From positions 1 to 64,000 of IMG/VR virus record IMGVR_UViG_3300008114_000042: a stretch of 64,000 nt of DNA. One strand, 5' to 3'. A model generated the notes under the pieces. That model did no database searches, had not been told where the DNA came from, and was given only the letters and a program-made list of their open reading frames with translations. Made by a program: the position numbers and the translations under genes. The first letter of the stretch is position 1, and each line of letters begins with the position of its first letter. Of the stretch, positions 19,542 to 28,782 are shown one piece after another. Source of the DNA: a virus.

Positions 19542-19584
19542 GGTATTTGTGGTATAATGGTCTCCTACACAGAAGGAGTAACAA

Positions 19585-19917
19585 ATGGCTACAGAAGTTT
19601 TTGAAACATCAGAGGTACTACTAATGGACGGCACTGAAATCAAGATGCGTCCTCTCAAGATTTCGCTCTTCCGCAAGTTTATGAAGAAGTTCGCTGAACT
19701 ACAGGCAGTGGCGACAGACAACGATGCTGCTACTGAGGTCCTGATGGACTGCGTAGTCATCGCTATGGAGCAGTATTCCCCACCGTGGGCAGACAAGGCG
19801 CTCCTAGAGGAGAACATCGACCTACCCACCGTCTACAAGGTTCTTGAAGCAGCATCGGGTATTAAATTCGACGCAGAGGGAAACCCGACAGCGGCGGCTC
19901 TAAGTGGGAAGATTTAG
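19585..19917 (+). CDS. tail assembly chaperone (lambda G-like)
   Basis: Between major tail and tape measure; slippery G GGA AAC at 19878-19884. Confidence 0.85.
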   Translation: MATEVFETSEVLLMDGTEIKMRPLKISLFRKFMKKFAELQAVATDNDAATEVLMDCVVIAMEQYSPPWADKALLEENIDLPTVYKVLEAASGIKFDAEGNPTAAALSGKI

Positions 19918-20297
19918 ACCTCGCCGCTATTGAAGCGGAAGTCTTCCTCGTCGGTTCGTGGAAGAGCATTTGGGAGTTAGAAGATAGTCTCTCTATGCCC
20001 GAGTTGACTGCCATTCTCAAGTCATCCCGTGAAGAAGTCTACGAAACACGCAAGTTTGCTGCTGCCCTCAAGGGTGTTGACCTTGATGCAGAGTCCGGTA
20101 GGACAAGTGGGAATGAGTCATTCGATGATATGCAAGCACGCATTTTCAGCGGCGGTAGAGCAGAGAATGCCTCTGACATTGTATCCCTCTATGGAAAAAT
20201 GGGCTTGCAGGAAGGCTTCCAAGTATCAGAGGCAATGAGCGCAGACACCTCCTACATTCGCATCCGTGATGGAGAAATGAAGTCCCCATTTGGATAG
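19878..20297 (+). CDS. tail assembly chaperone -1 frameshift extension (lambda GT-like)
   Basis: -1 frame is open from the slippery site (KPDSGGSKWEDLDLAAIEAEVFL...) into ORF 19995..20297. Confidence 0.8.
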   Translation, partial: GKPDSGGSKWEDLDLAAIEAEVFLVGSWKSIWELEDSLSMPELTAILKSSREEVYETRKFAAALKGVDLDAESGRTSGNESFDDMQARIFSGGRAENASDIVSLYGKMGLQEGFQVSEAMSADTSYIRIRDGEMKSPFG

Positions 20298-20332
20298 GCC
20301 CCTGTCTGGTATAATAGGACACGAGGATATCT

Positions 20333-23300
20333 ATGAGTGACATTAATGCCAACCTGAATGTAAGCGCCGATGTTGGTCAAGCGCTCGCACAGTTGCGCCA
20401 GTTGCAGCAACAGATATCCGAAGTATCGGTGGCTGCTGGCAGACTCAACCTCAGTCAGACGATGACCAACGCAGGAAACTTCAACTATGCTGTTAATGGT
20501 ATAGGGCAGTTCCGGTCAGAGATAGTCAAAACCTCTGGTGCTATGGCTACTCTGCAAAAGCAGATAGACACCAACAAGTTGACTATGGGACAGATGTTCC
20601 AGAACGCTACTGGCGCTGCCAAGGGTCTGAATGTCTTCTCCAACAACGCTGCACAGATGACTGACCTTGCTACTGATAGGGCCATGCGCCTTAACACCCA
20701 GTACATTACGCTCACCGACAGTATCACAGGGATGCAGCGAGTTGTGGCGACCCGCCCACTATCAGCCCTTGGAATGGATGCTGACATCGCAGCGCAGAAG
20801 TCCCAACTACTCAACAAGTCTATTAGAGACTTGGGAACCTCCATGCAGAACTGGGGCAAGAATACCCAGTGGGCTGGTAGGCAACTCACAGTAGGTTTCA
20901 CCGTTCCCCTGATGCTCTTCGGGCGTCAGGCAATGAAGGTATTCTCTGACATCGACAAGGAAATGCTTGCCCTGTCTCGTGTCTATGGAGACTTGGATAC
21001 ACAGTCATCAGAACTTGACTCCGTGAAGGCCAGTATTCGTGACCTCGCTGTTGAGACAACTAAGTGGGGCATGGCTACAAAGGATACCATTGGTATCGCT
21101 GCCGACCTTGCTGCTACCGGCTTGGCTGGGGAGGCTCTTCTCAAGTCAACACAGGCAACGACACGACTCGCTACTCTTGGCATGATGGACAATGAGACTG
21201 CTATGCAGTCCATTATCTCTATGTCTACTGCATTCAAGCAGTCATCAGAAGAGGTTGCCGAGTCGGTCAACTTCCTCAACGCTGTAGAGAACCAGACCAT
21301 TCTTTCTATTCAGGATATGTCAGAGGCAATTCCCCGCGTTGCTCCCGTCATCCAAGGTCTTGGTGGAGATGTAAAGGACCTCGCTGTCTTCCTTACTGCC
21401 ATGAAGGAGGGCGGGGTAGGCGCAGTAGAAGGAGCCAACGCTCTCAAGACATCGCTTGCTCGTCTTATTGAACCAACTAAGCAGGCACGCGAGGCTCTCA
21501 ATGGAGCAGGCATTGCCATTGACGACATTCTTTCTTCTAACCGTGGAGACCTACAGGGACTTATCCAAGACTTTGGCAAAGCACTCAACGGAGTAGATGA
21601 ATTCCAGCAGCAGCAGGTACTATCCGCTACCTTCGGTAAGCAGCAGTTTGCACGAATGGGTGCTCTGTTCTCCAACATCAACAGGGAGAATGGGCAGGCT
21701 CAGAAAGCATTTGCTCTGACAGAAAAGAGCGCACAGAACCTTGCTGCACTTGCAGACTCCGAACTTTCCAAGATCGAAGAGTCTGTCTCTGTTCGCATGA
21801 CTGCGGCGGTAGAAAGACTGAACGCTGCTCTCGCCCCCATCGGGGAGATGTTCGCACAGGTAGCCATTCCCATCATCAACGCTATCTCATCTATCCTTGA
21901 AGCATTCAACAGCCTGCCAGACCTTGCCAAGTGGGGAGCCTTTGCAGCAGTTGGCATCATCGCCATAGCCGGTCCCATTATGATGCTCGTCGGTCAGTTT
22001 GGAAACCTCATCGGTGCATTCACCAAGGGCATTGGAGTCATGCACACCTTTATGACAGGGGCCAAGTACCTCTCTGGTGCTGAACTTGACCTCATGGCCC
22101 AGACACGCTCTCTTGATGGTGCTATTGATGGACTGACTGGAAGTTTCGGAGCACAGGGTGGGGCGATTGAGGGACTCATCGCACGCTATCGTGAACTCTC
22201 ACTCGCTATGTCTGCTGTTGCTCCCGGTGCCCCATCCATGAGAGCGGCGCAGATGCGTGGAGCAGTCATGCTTGCCTCTGGTGGGCATGTGCCCGGTACA
22301 GGAGATGGAGACACCATCCCAGCCCTACTCACTCCCGGTGAGTTTGTTGTAAGAAAGCCGGTAGCACAGAAGCACGGGTCATTCCTCAACGCACTAAATG
22401 CCGGTAGAGTAAAGGGCTTCGCCAAGGGTGGCTCAACTATCCCTACAACGCACGGAGATATTGTTCTTGATGTTGAACTTGAAGACAAGTCTCTGGGGCT
22501 CATTACCAAGAGAATAAACTATGCTCTGTCTAATGGACTTGACTTTACAGAACTCCAAACCGCTGTAACACAGGCAGTATCAACAGGACTGGAGCGCGGA
22601 GGAAAACTCACAGGTAAGAAGATAGACGATATTCTCCGACACGAAATGGGTTATGGAGGGTACAACGGAGAAGGCCCTATGACCAAGCGTGGTGGCTCGT
22701 GGCAGAACTCACACCTTGCTGATGATACTACCGTATCAGCAGGAAGATATAGGCCAATAAACTCTGCTGCATCACGCAGACTAGCAGACTTCATCGCCGC
22801 TGGTGGTGGAGGGGCTATTGACATTACCAGACTGGGTAACCTTACAGGTCGCCTGCCGGGGGCACTCAACCAAGCCCTTCGTGGTGGAGGAGATCTTGGA
22901 GGTAACATAGTCAGAGATATGGTCCTACAAGAGTCATCAGAGATATTCAACCCATTAAGAAACCAACTCATCCACTATGCTAAGGTGACTGGCATGAGTG
23001 CAGAAGAGTTCATGGCGAACTGGCGTGCTATCGACCAAGCACAGGCAAACTTGGAAGAGGGGGTAATGAGTTGGACTGCTGATATTCGCGTAGCAGAAAA
23101 CGCCACAGAAGGCGTAGACGAAGCCCTCAATACCCTGATAGCATCAGCCATTCGTGCTTCTGGAATAGACGAAGAGTTTATTGGTGCAGTAGAGGCTGGA
23201 GGAGCAACAGGGCGAGTAAACCTTAGAGACCCAAGCAAACTCCCTCCGGGCTACTCTACTGACAGTCGTGGAGGCACTCGCACCGTCATCGATCCCTCTG

Positions 23301-26300
23301 GGCAGGCAGTATTCGGGCACGGCAACACGAGCACACTATTCGCCGGTAGGGAGGATGTCCTCCCCTACGACAAGGCATCTATCAATATAGAAATAGAGAA
23401 GATCAAGGGATACTTGATCGCCCAGTACCCTGAACTCCAAGCAGTAGGCAAGATGACCATGGAGCAGATCGCAGAGGGGCTGCGCATGGGCTCTATTGAG
23501 ATAGACGCCGTAGCACGGGCAGAGATAATGCAGTTGATGGGTGTTATTGCCTCTTCCGCAGGCACGGCTTCTCCATCACGCATTACCCGCCAGATAGGCA
23601 AGTGGATTGCAGATGGTCTTGGTATCGGTATGCGAGATGGTATGGGGCAGGTATCTGCTACTGGTATGGCGCTGGGGTCGGCAGCCACAGACGGGGTACA
23701 AGCCGGTAGTGAGGCAGCCCCCGGTGATGACGTCCCAGACGCCTACCTCGCCAAGGGACAGCAACGCCTTGATAAGATCGGAAAGGCGGGTAGTTGGGCA
23801 GGAATGGCTGGGATGGGCCTTGGAATGGCTGGAATGGCTGCTTCCTCTATGGGCCAGACTGGACTTGGAGCAGGACTTATGGCTGCCTCTATGCCTATGG
23901 ATATGATCGGTATGATCGCTATGCTTGGGCCTCGTCTTGGTACCTTTGGTGCTGCGGTTGCCGCCGCAGCAGTTCCCATCGTCGCCATTACCGCAGTAGC
24001 AGCAGGAGCGGCGGCGGCAGTATACATCTGGCGTAAGTCGGTAGATGACAGCGCAAAGGCAGCAGCAGACCTTGGCTCAAAACTTGGTGGAGCAGCAAAC
24101 GCAGCAAAGACTATGGCTGATATCACTGGTAGGGCAAGCATTCTCCAGCAGAAGGGTTCTCTCCAATACACCGAGGCAGAGAAGCCCAATATCGGTGAAT
24201 ATGAGTCTATGCTCACTAACGAGGCTGGGACTAAGTTCATCGAAGACCTTAAGGCTGCTGGGCCGGGTATGGGAGCAATGCTCTCTGATTATGTAAAGAC
24301 AGCAGTATCACAAGGCATGATGGACTCCGACTTTGCTTCTGGCTTCATCAAGGCAGTAGGGCAGGAACTTGATGCTCCGATGATGGCTGCATCCGTAGGC
24401 AAGGAACTGGCAGCATTCACTAAGGAGTTCTCCACCAAGACAGAGCAGGCCGTGTCTATCGCTGAGAAGCGCTCTGGCGCTATTGCCGCAGACAAGGACA
24501 TTCAGGCCGGTACGCAGGAAGGTGCTACTACTCGTCAAGCATCTATGGTAGTAGGATCATCCATGCAGGCTATCCAAGACTGGTCAGCAGCAGCCGAGGT
24601 AGCAAGACAAGACTACCTTGATGGAATAACCTCCTATGAGACATACATCAGCGTACTGAATGATGCTACCCAAGCACAGATGGACCATACTGCTGCTATC
24701 AGATTTGCTATGATGAATGGTGATGCCGGTGCTATGGAGCAGGCACTCAAGGACCAGTTTGAGAAGATGTTCGGTGAGGGCACATTTGACGCCATGAAGG
24801 ATGCGGCGGGGGTAAATGAGGCCAGCCAGAAGGAAGCCATTAGGCGACATCAGGCGCTTGCGGGTGGGCCGAATAGTCCTGCCCGCAAGCCCGACCCCGA
24901 GGCGCTCGACCAGAAGAGCGTAGATGACATCTTCATCTCTGCCGTCACAGCAAGCATCAACAACCCTGCTGCCATGGAGGAAATAGCACAGGCAACCAGA
25001 GCCATTCTTACCGGGTCTGTTGAAGGTGTGAAGGAGGCATACCTCGCCTCCATTAAGAGCGGCAAGGGTAATGACGCAGCATTCCAAGGAGCACTAGCAG
25101 CATCCAACTACGCTGCTATGCCACAGGACCAGCGCGTTCCCGGTGTGTCTAGTGAACAGTACGGCATGGCACACGCAGGAGCCATGACTGCTGGCATTGA
25201 CTCCACTACACTCACCGCCTTCCTCAATGGACTATCCCCAGAGATGAAGAAGTATTACCTTGACAACCTTGCCGGGGTAGCCAAGGGACCCGATGCCAAT
25301 AAGGGATGGATGGATAAGGTAACTAGAGGCGCAGCCATGCAGGATACCGTTGGCGCAGACGTGGCTCGCCCAGTCATTGAATCCCCCGATTGGGAGATAG
25401 CCGTGGCGAATGGTCAGAATGAAAGAGTTACCAAAGTAGAAGAGGCCATGAAGAAACTAGATGATTTCTTCCAAGACAACGAGGAAGCCAAGTCTGCCTA
25501 TGTCGATCTGGCCCTGAATGACCCTGATGGACTGATGGATGCCCTCCCAGAAATCACAGCAAACCTTGAGAAATTTGACAAGGAAATCCCCGAAGAGATT
25601 CAGATGAAACTAGGGATCGACCTTGCCAACCCAGATACCTACAAGATGCTCACAGAGGACCCCAATGCAGCCAACAACATTCGCCTTGTAGGAGAGGCGC
25701 TGCTCTCGCTGCCTGAGGGCGAGCATGAGTTTGCTGCAATGTTTGCCGTGAAGTCAAATGGAGAGTTCAAGAACCCACAAGAGTTTGTCAATGACTACCG
25801 GGAAGTTCAAGGGCTAATGGACAAGATGGGCAAGTCAAAGAATATGACTACCAAGAAGTCCTACATCGCAGAGATAATGACACGGCAGAATGGTGTTGAG
25901 GCAGACCCAGCAGCGATTGATGCGACGGTAAAGAATCTTGAGAAGAAGTGGGGCAAGCAGACTATTGCCAACCTTCCACCAGACGTATTCTACAAGGCAG
26001 TGAAGGCTGACTACGATGGAAGTCAACTGCTGGCAGAGGCAGACTCACTCCAAGCGGCTCGTGACGCTCTTGCTAAAATTCCCGGCCTTGAAGGAATGCT
26101 TGCTAACATGGATGAGCAGATTGCTGCTCTTCGTACTGCTGGTAACCAACTCAAGGGAGATGCAAATGACATAGTTGCGTCAGCAGCATTCACCCCTGCT
26201 ACTCCCAGCGGCAGCAGTGGCGGTGGCGGTGGAGGCGGGGGCGGTGGTGGAAAGCCATTCAACTTCATCAAGGAACTCAACAAGGACCTCAAGGACAACA

Positions 26301-28180
26301 TCAAACTCTTCGGTTCAACTGTAGAGCATACCATCAATTACAAGAAGAAGACACAGGGACTTGTCGATGCCCTACGTGAGAAGAAGGTAGTTGATGAGGC
26401 GCTTATTCAGGCAGCGCTAGAGTCGGAAGACCCCATTAAGGCTCTCAACCAGTTGCTCAAGTTGGACGCCAAGGAAGCAAAGAAGTTCAACAAGGACTGG
26501 CTCAAGAACAAGGCGCTGATGTCTGAGAACGTAGTAAAGACAGGCATACAAGAGAGCAAGCAGCGCATTAAGGATATTGAGAACATGCGCAGAAATGGTG
26601 TCGCATCTTGGGTTATGCAGGCCATTATGAGTGATGAGGACTTGCTCGCTATGTACCGTGGGGGAGGTGCGAGAGGGCGTCGGAGGGCTCGCATGGCTGC
26701 ACGGAGCAGGCAGGCTCAGGAGGTGCAAGAAGAGTGGGATATGATGTCTCCCCTCCAACAGCAGCAGAAATCCAACGAGGCTGCTATTCAAATCTATGAA
26801 AAGATGTCTTCGGAGATTCGGTATTCACAGGAGAAGTATCTAGAATCGCTTGGTATGTCCAAGGCGGCGGCAAACCGTAAGATGGAAACACGCAATACAC
26901 AACTGGGGGTATACGAGGCAGAAATAGCACTCATCAACCACGCTATCAAGCAGATAGATAAGAAGAAGGAGGCTATTAACGACACCATCCGGGCCAAGGA
27001 GAAGGAGAATGAGGCCGACCGCCGTTCTATTGAGGAACTGAACCGCCAAGATGAAATCCGTATGCGTGAGGCAGAAGCACTCAACCATGACCTTGAAGCG
27101 CTCGCCCTGCGTGAGGATGCCATTAACAAGGCATACGAAGATCGCATTGCCGCACTTGATAAGGTTGCCACCATTAACCAGCGTATTGCTGACGCTATGG
27201 GAAGGCAACTAGGACTTGCTGATGCTCTCTCCAAGGGTGACATTGCAGCAGCAGCAGCGGCACAGAATGAGATGAATGCTGCTGCCGCAGAGAACGCAGC
27301 AGAAGATGCCAGATCGGGTTTGGAAAAGGGTAAAGAGAATGCCCTTGCTGGCCTTACCCTTCCTAATGGTATGACCCGTGAGCAGGCAGAGGCTCGCATT
27401 CGTGAACTAGAGGAAATGTCCTACCAGACAAAACTCAAGATAAGAGACATTGAGGATTCTATCTACCTTCGTAACGAGGAAATCTACAAGTTGAAGCAGG
27501 AGATACTTCCCATCGATGCAGAGATAGAGGCCAAGCAGAGAGAGATTCGGGACATCGAACTGAACAAGATGTGGGCTTTGCAGCAGCAGAATCTTGAAGC
27601 GCAACTGGCATTCGCCCAGACCGAAGCACAGATTTCCCTTGACACAGAGGCACATGACATCAAGGTTGCTGAACTAACAGCAGAGAATAACATCATCGGC
27701 CTACGGGTGGCGCAGACAGAGGCTATGCGCAACTGGACACATAGCATGGCTGGGCAGGCAGAGAGGTATTTGGCGGCACTCAAGGAAGCGTCCACCCTCA
27801 CACTACCGTCAGTAGGCACAGGGAATGGACACGCTATGGGTGGCCTTATCCCCGGTAGTGGCAACAAGGACACCTACCCTGCCATGCTCATGCCCGGTGA
27901 GTTCGTTATGCGTAAGTCTATCGTAGAAAAGATGGGTGCAGGCTTCTTTGAGATGCTCAATAGTGGGCAAGTCCCAACGTTTTCCACAGGCTTCGCAAAA
28001 GGTTCTTTGAATAATGGGGCTACCCCCTTGACAACCAACGAGGGGTCGGTGTATAATGAGTTTAATATCAATGTAACTGCTAATAACGCTAATGCATCAG
28101 CAGATGATATAGCAACTGTAGTAATGAATAAGATAAACCAAATCTCGTCACAGAATATCAGGAGTAAGAATGGCTACTAA
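20333..28180 (+). CDS. tape measure protein (2615 aa)
   Basis: Ala/Gly-rich and helical, WAGRQLTVGFTVP, central hydrophobic segments, C-terminal coiled coil; follows the chaperones. Confidence 0.93.
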   Translation: MSDINANLNVSADVGQALAQLRQLQQQISEVSVAAGRLNLSQTMTNAGNFNYAVNGIGQFRSEIVKTSGAMATLQKQIDTNKLTMGQMFQNATGAAKGLNVFSNNAAQMTDLATDRAMRLNTQYITLTDSITGMQRVVATRPLSALGMDADIAAQKSQLLNKSIRDLGTSMQNWGKNTQWAGRQLTVGFTVPLMLFGRQAMKVFSDIDKEMLALSRVYGDLDTQSSELDSVKASIRDLAVETTKWGMATKDTIGIAADLAATGLAGEALLKSTQATTRLATLGMMDNETAMQSIISMSTAFKQSSEEVAESVNFLNAVENQTILSIQDMSEAIPRVAPVIQGLGGDVKDLAVFLTAMKEGGVGAVEGANALKTSLARLIEPTKQAREALNGAGIAIDDILSSNRGDLQGLIQDFGKALNGVDEFQQQQVLSATFGKQQFARMGALFSNINRENGQAQKAFALTEKSAQNLAALADSELSKIEESVSVRMTAAVERLNAALAPIGEMFAQVAIPIINAISSILEAFNSLPDLAKWGAFAAVGIIAIAGPIMMLVGQFGNLIGAFTKGIGVMHTFMTGAKYLSGAELDLMAQTRSLDGAIDGLTGSFGAQGGAIEGLIARYRELSLAMSAVAPGAPSMRAAQMRGAVMLASGGHVPGTGDGDTIPALLTPGEFVVRKPVAQKHGSFLNALNAGRVKGFAKGGSTIPTTHGDIVLDVELEDKSLGLITKRINYALSNGLDFTELQTAVTQAVSTGLERGGKLTGKKIDDILRHEMGYGGYNGEGPMTKRGGSWQNSHLADDTTVSAGRYRPINSAASRRLADFIAAGGGGAIDITRLGNLTGRLPGALNQALRGGGDLGGNIVRDMVLQESSEIFNPLRNQLIHYAKVTGMSAEEFMANWRAIDQAQANLEEGVMSWTADIRVAENATEGVDEALNTLIASAIRASGIDEEFIGAVEAGGATGRVNLRDPSKLPPGYSTDSRGGTRTVIDPSGQAVFGHGNTSTLFAGREDVLPYDKASINIEIEKIKGYLIAQYPELQAVGKMTMEQIAEGLRMGSIEIDAVARAEIMQLMGVIASSAGTASPSRITRQIGKWIADGLGIGMRDGMGQVSATGMALGSAATDGVQAGSEAAPGDDVPDAYLAKGQQRLDKIGKAGSWAGMAGMGLGMAGMAASSMGQTGLGAGLMAASMPMDMIGMIAMLGPRLGTFGAAVAAAAVPIVAITAVAAGAAAAVYIWRKSVDDSAKAAADLGSKLGGAANAAKTMADITGRASILQQKGSLQYTEAEKPNIGEYESMLTNEAGTKFIEDLKAAGPGMGAMLSDYVKTAVSQGMMDSDFASGFIKAVGQELDAPMMAASVGKELAAFTKEFSTKTEQAVSIAEKRSGAIAADKDIQAGTQEGATTRQASMVVGSSMQAIQDWSAAAEVARQDYLDGITSYETYISVLNDATQAQMDHTAAIRFAMMNGDAGAMEQALKDQFEKMFGEGTFDAMKDAAGVNEASQKEAIRRHQALAGGPNSPARKPDPEALDQKSVDDIFISAVTASINNPAAMEEIAQATRAILTGSVEGVKEAYLASIKSGKGNDAAFQGALAASNYAAMPQDQRVPGVSSEQYGMAHAGAMTAGIDSTTLTAFLNGLSPEMKKYYLDNLAGVAKGPDANKGWMDKVTRGAAMQDTVGADVARPVIESPDWEIAVANGQNERVTKVEEAMKKLDDFFQDNEEAKSAYVDLALNDPDGLMDALPEITANLEKFDKEIPEEIQMKLGIDLANPDTYKMLTEDPNAANNIRLVGEALLSLPEGEHEFAAMFAVKSNGEFKNPQEFVNDYREVQGLMDKMGKSKNMTTKKSYIAEIMTRQNGVEADPAAIDATVKNLEKKWGKQTIANLPPDVFYKAVKADYDGSQLLAEADSLQAARDALAKIPGLEGMLANMDEQIAALRTAGNQLKGDANDIVASAAFTPATPSGSSGGGGGGGGGGGKPFNFIKELNKDLKDNIKLFGSTVEHTINYKKKTQGLVDALREKKVVDEALIQAALESEDPIKALNQLLKLDAKEAKKFNKDWLKNKALMSENVVKTGIQESKQRIKDIENMRRNGVASWVMQAIMSDEDLLAMYRGGGARGRRRARMAARSRQAQEVQEEWDMMSPLQQQQKSNEAAIQIYEKMSSEIRYSQEKYLESLGMSKAAANRKMETRNTQLGVYEAEIALINHAIKQIDKKKEAINDTIRAKEKENEADRRSIEELNRQDEIRMREAEALNHDLEALALREDAINKAYEDRIAALDKVATINQRIADAMGRQLGLADALSKGDIAAAAAAQNEMNAAAAENAAEDARSGLEKGKENALAGLTLPNGMTREQAEARIRELEEMSYQTKLKIRDIEDSIYLRNEEIYKLKQEILPIDAEIEAKQREIRDIELNKMWALQQQNLEAQLAFAQTEAQISLDTEAHDIKVAELTAENNIIGLRVAQTEAMRNWTHSMAGQAERYLAALKEASTLTLPSVGTGNGHAMGGLIPGSGNKDTYPAMLMPGEFVMRKSIVEKMGAGFFEMLNSGQVPTFSTGFAKGSLNNGATPLTTNEGSVYNEFNINVTANNANASADDIATVVMNKINQISSQNIRSKNGY

Positions 28181-28778
28181 AGGATACATGGATGGAAGAA
28201 GAAAGTATTCTCGTCCACAGGCTATGCTCTTCTCCAATAACCAAGGATACCGAACCCCAGAGGGGTTTTGGCTACCAGAGGGGTATGAAGGAGCCGACTT
28301 CCTCGTTCTCTCTGACCATGGTAGACAGCCTATCAATATTCAACCTCAAAGAATAGAGTCAAGAGTAAGGATGGTTAATGGTAAAATGCGTTCTTACTAC
28401 ACTACTGATAAGGATGTAATCTCTACTTCTTGGAGTCTTCTACCTTCTAGGTCTTTTAATATAAATATAGATAGGAACCTCACTACCTCTGCTGTTCTTG
28501 ATAATGATGTTCACGAATACACAGTCGATGGGGGAGCAGGCGGGGTAGAGTTAAGAGACTGGTTTGATAATCACCCTCATCCGTTCTATGTATTCCTTGC
28601 TTATGATAGATACGATAAGATGTATGTAGATCGTCTTCCTGATGCTAATGCACCTCAGAGCAACCTTCATTACTATAACGATTCCAAACTTTGCTTCTTC
28701 TCTTCCTTTGACTACACTATAGAGAAGAGAGCCAACTGTGAACTCTGGAATGTAAACTTGGCTTTGGAAGAGGCATAG
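28170..28778 (+). CDS. minor tail protein (distal-tail-like)
   Basis: Directly after tape measure; 202 aa. Confidence 0.65.
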   Translation: MATKGYMDGRRKYSRPQAMLFSNNQGYRTPEGFWLPEGYEGADFLVLSDHGRQPINIQPQRIESRVRMVNGKMRSYYTTDKDVISTSWSLLPSRSFNINIDRNLTTSAVLDNDVHEYTVDGGAGGVELRDWFDNHPHPFYVFLAYDRYDKMYVDRLPDANAPQSNLHYYNDSKLCFFSSFDYTIEKRANCELWNVNLALEEA

Positions 28779-28782
28779 TTGT

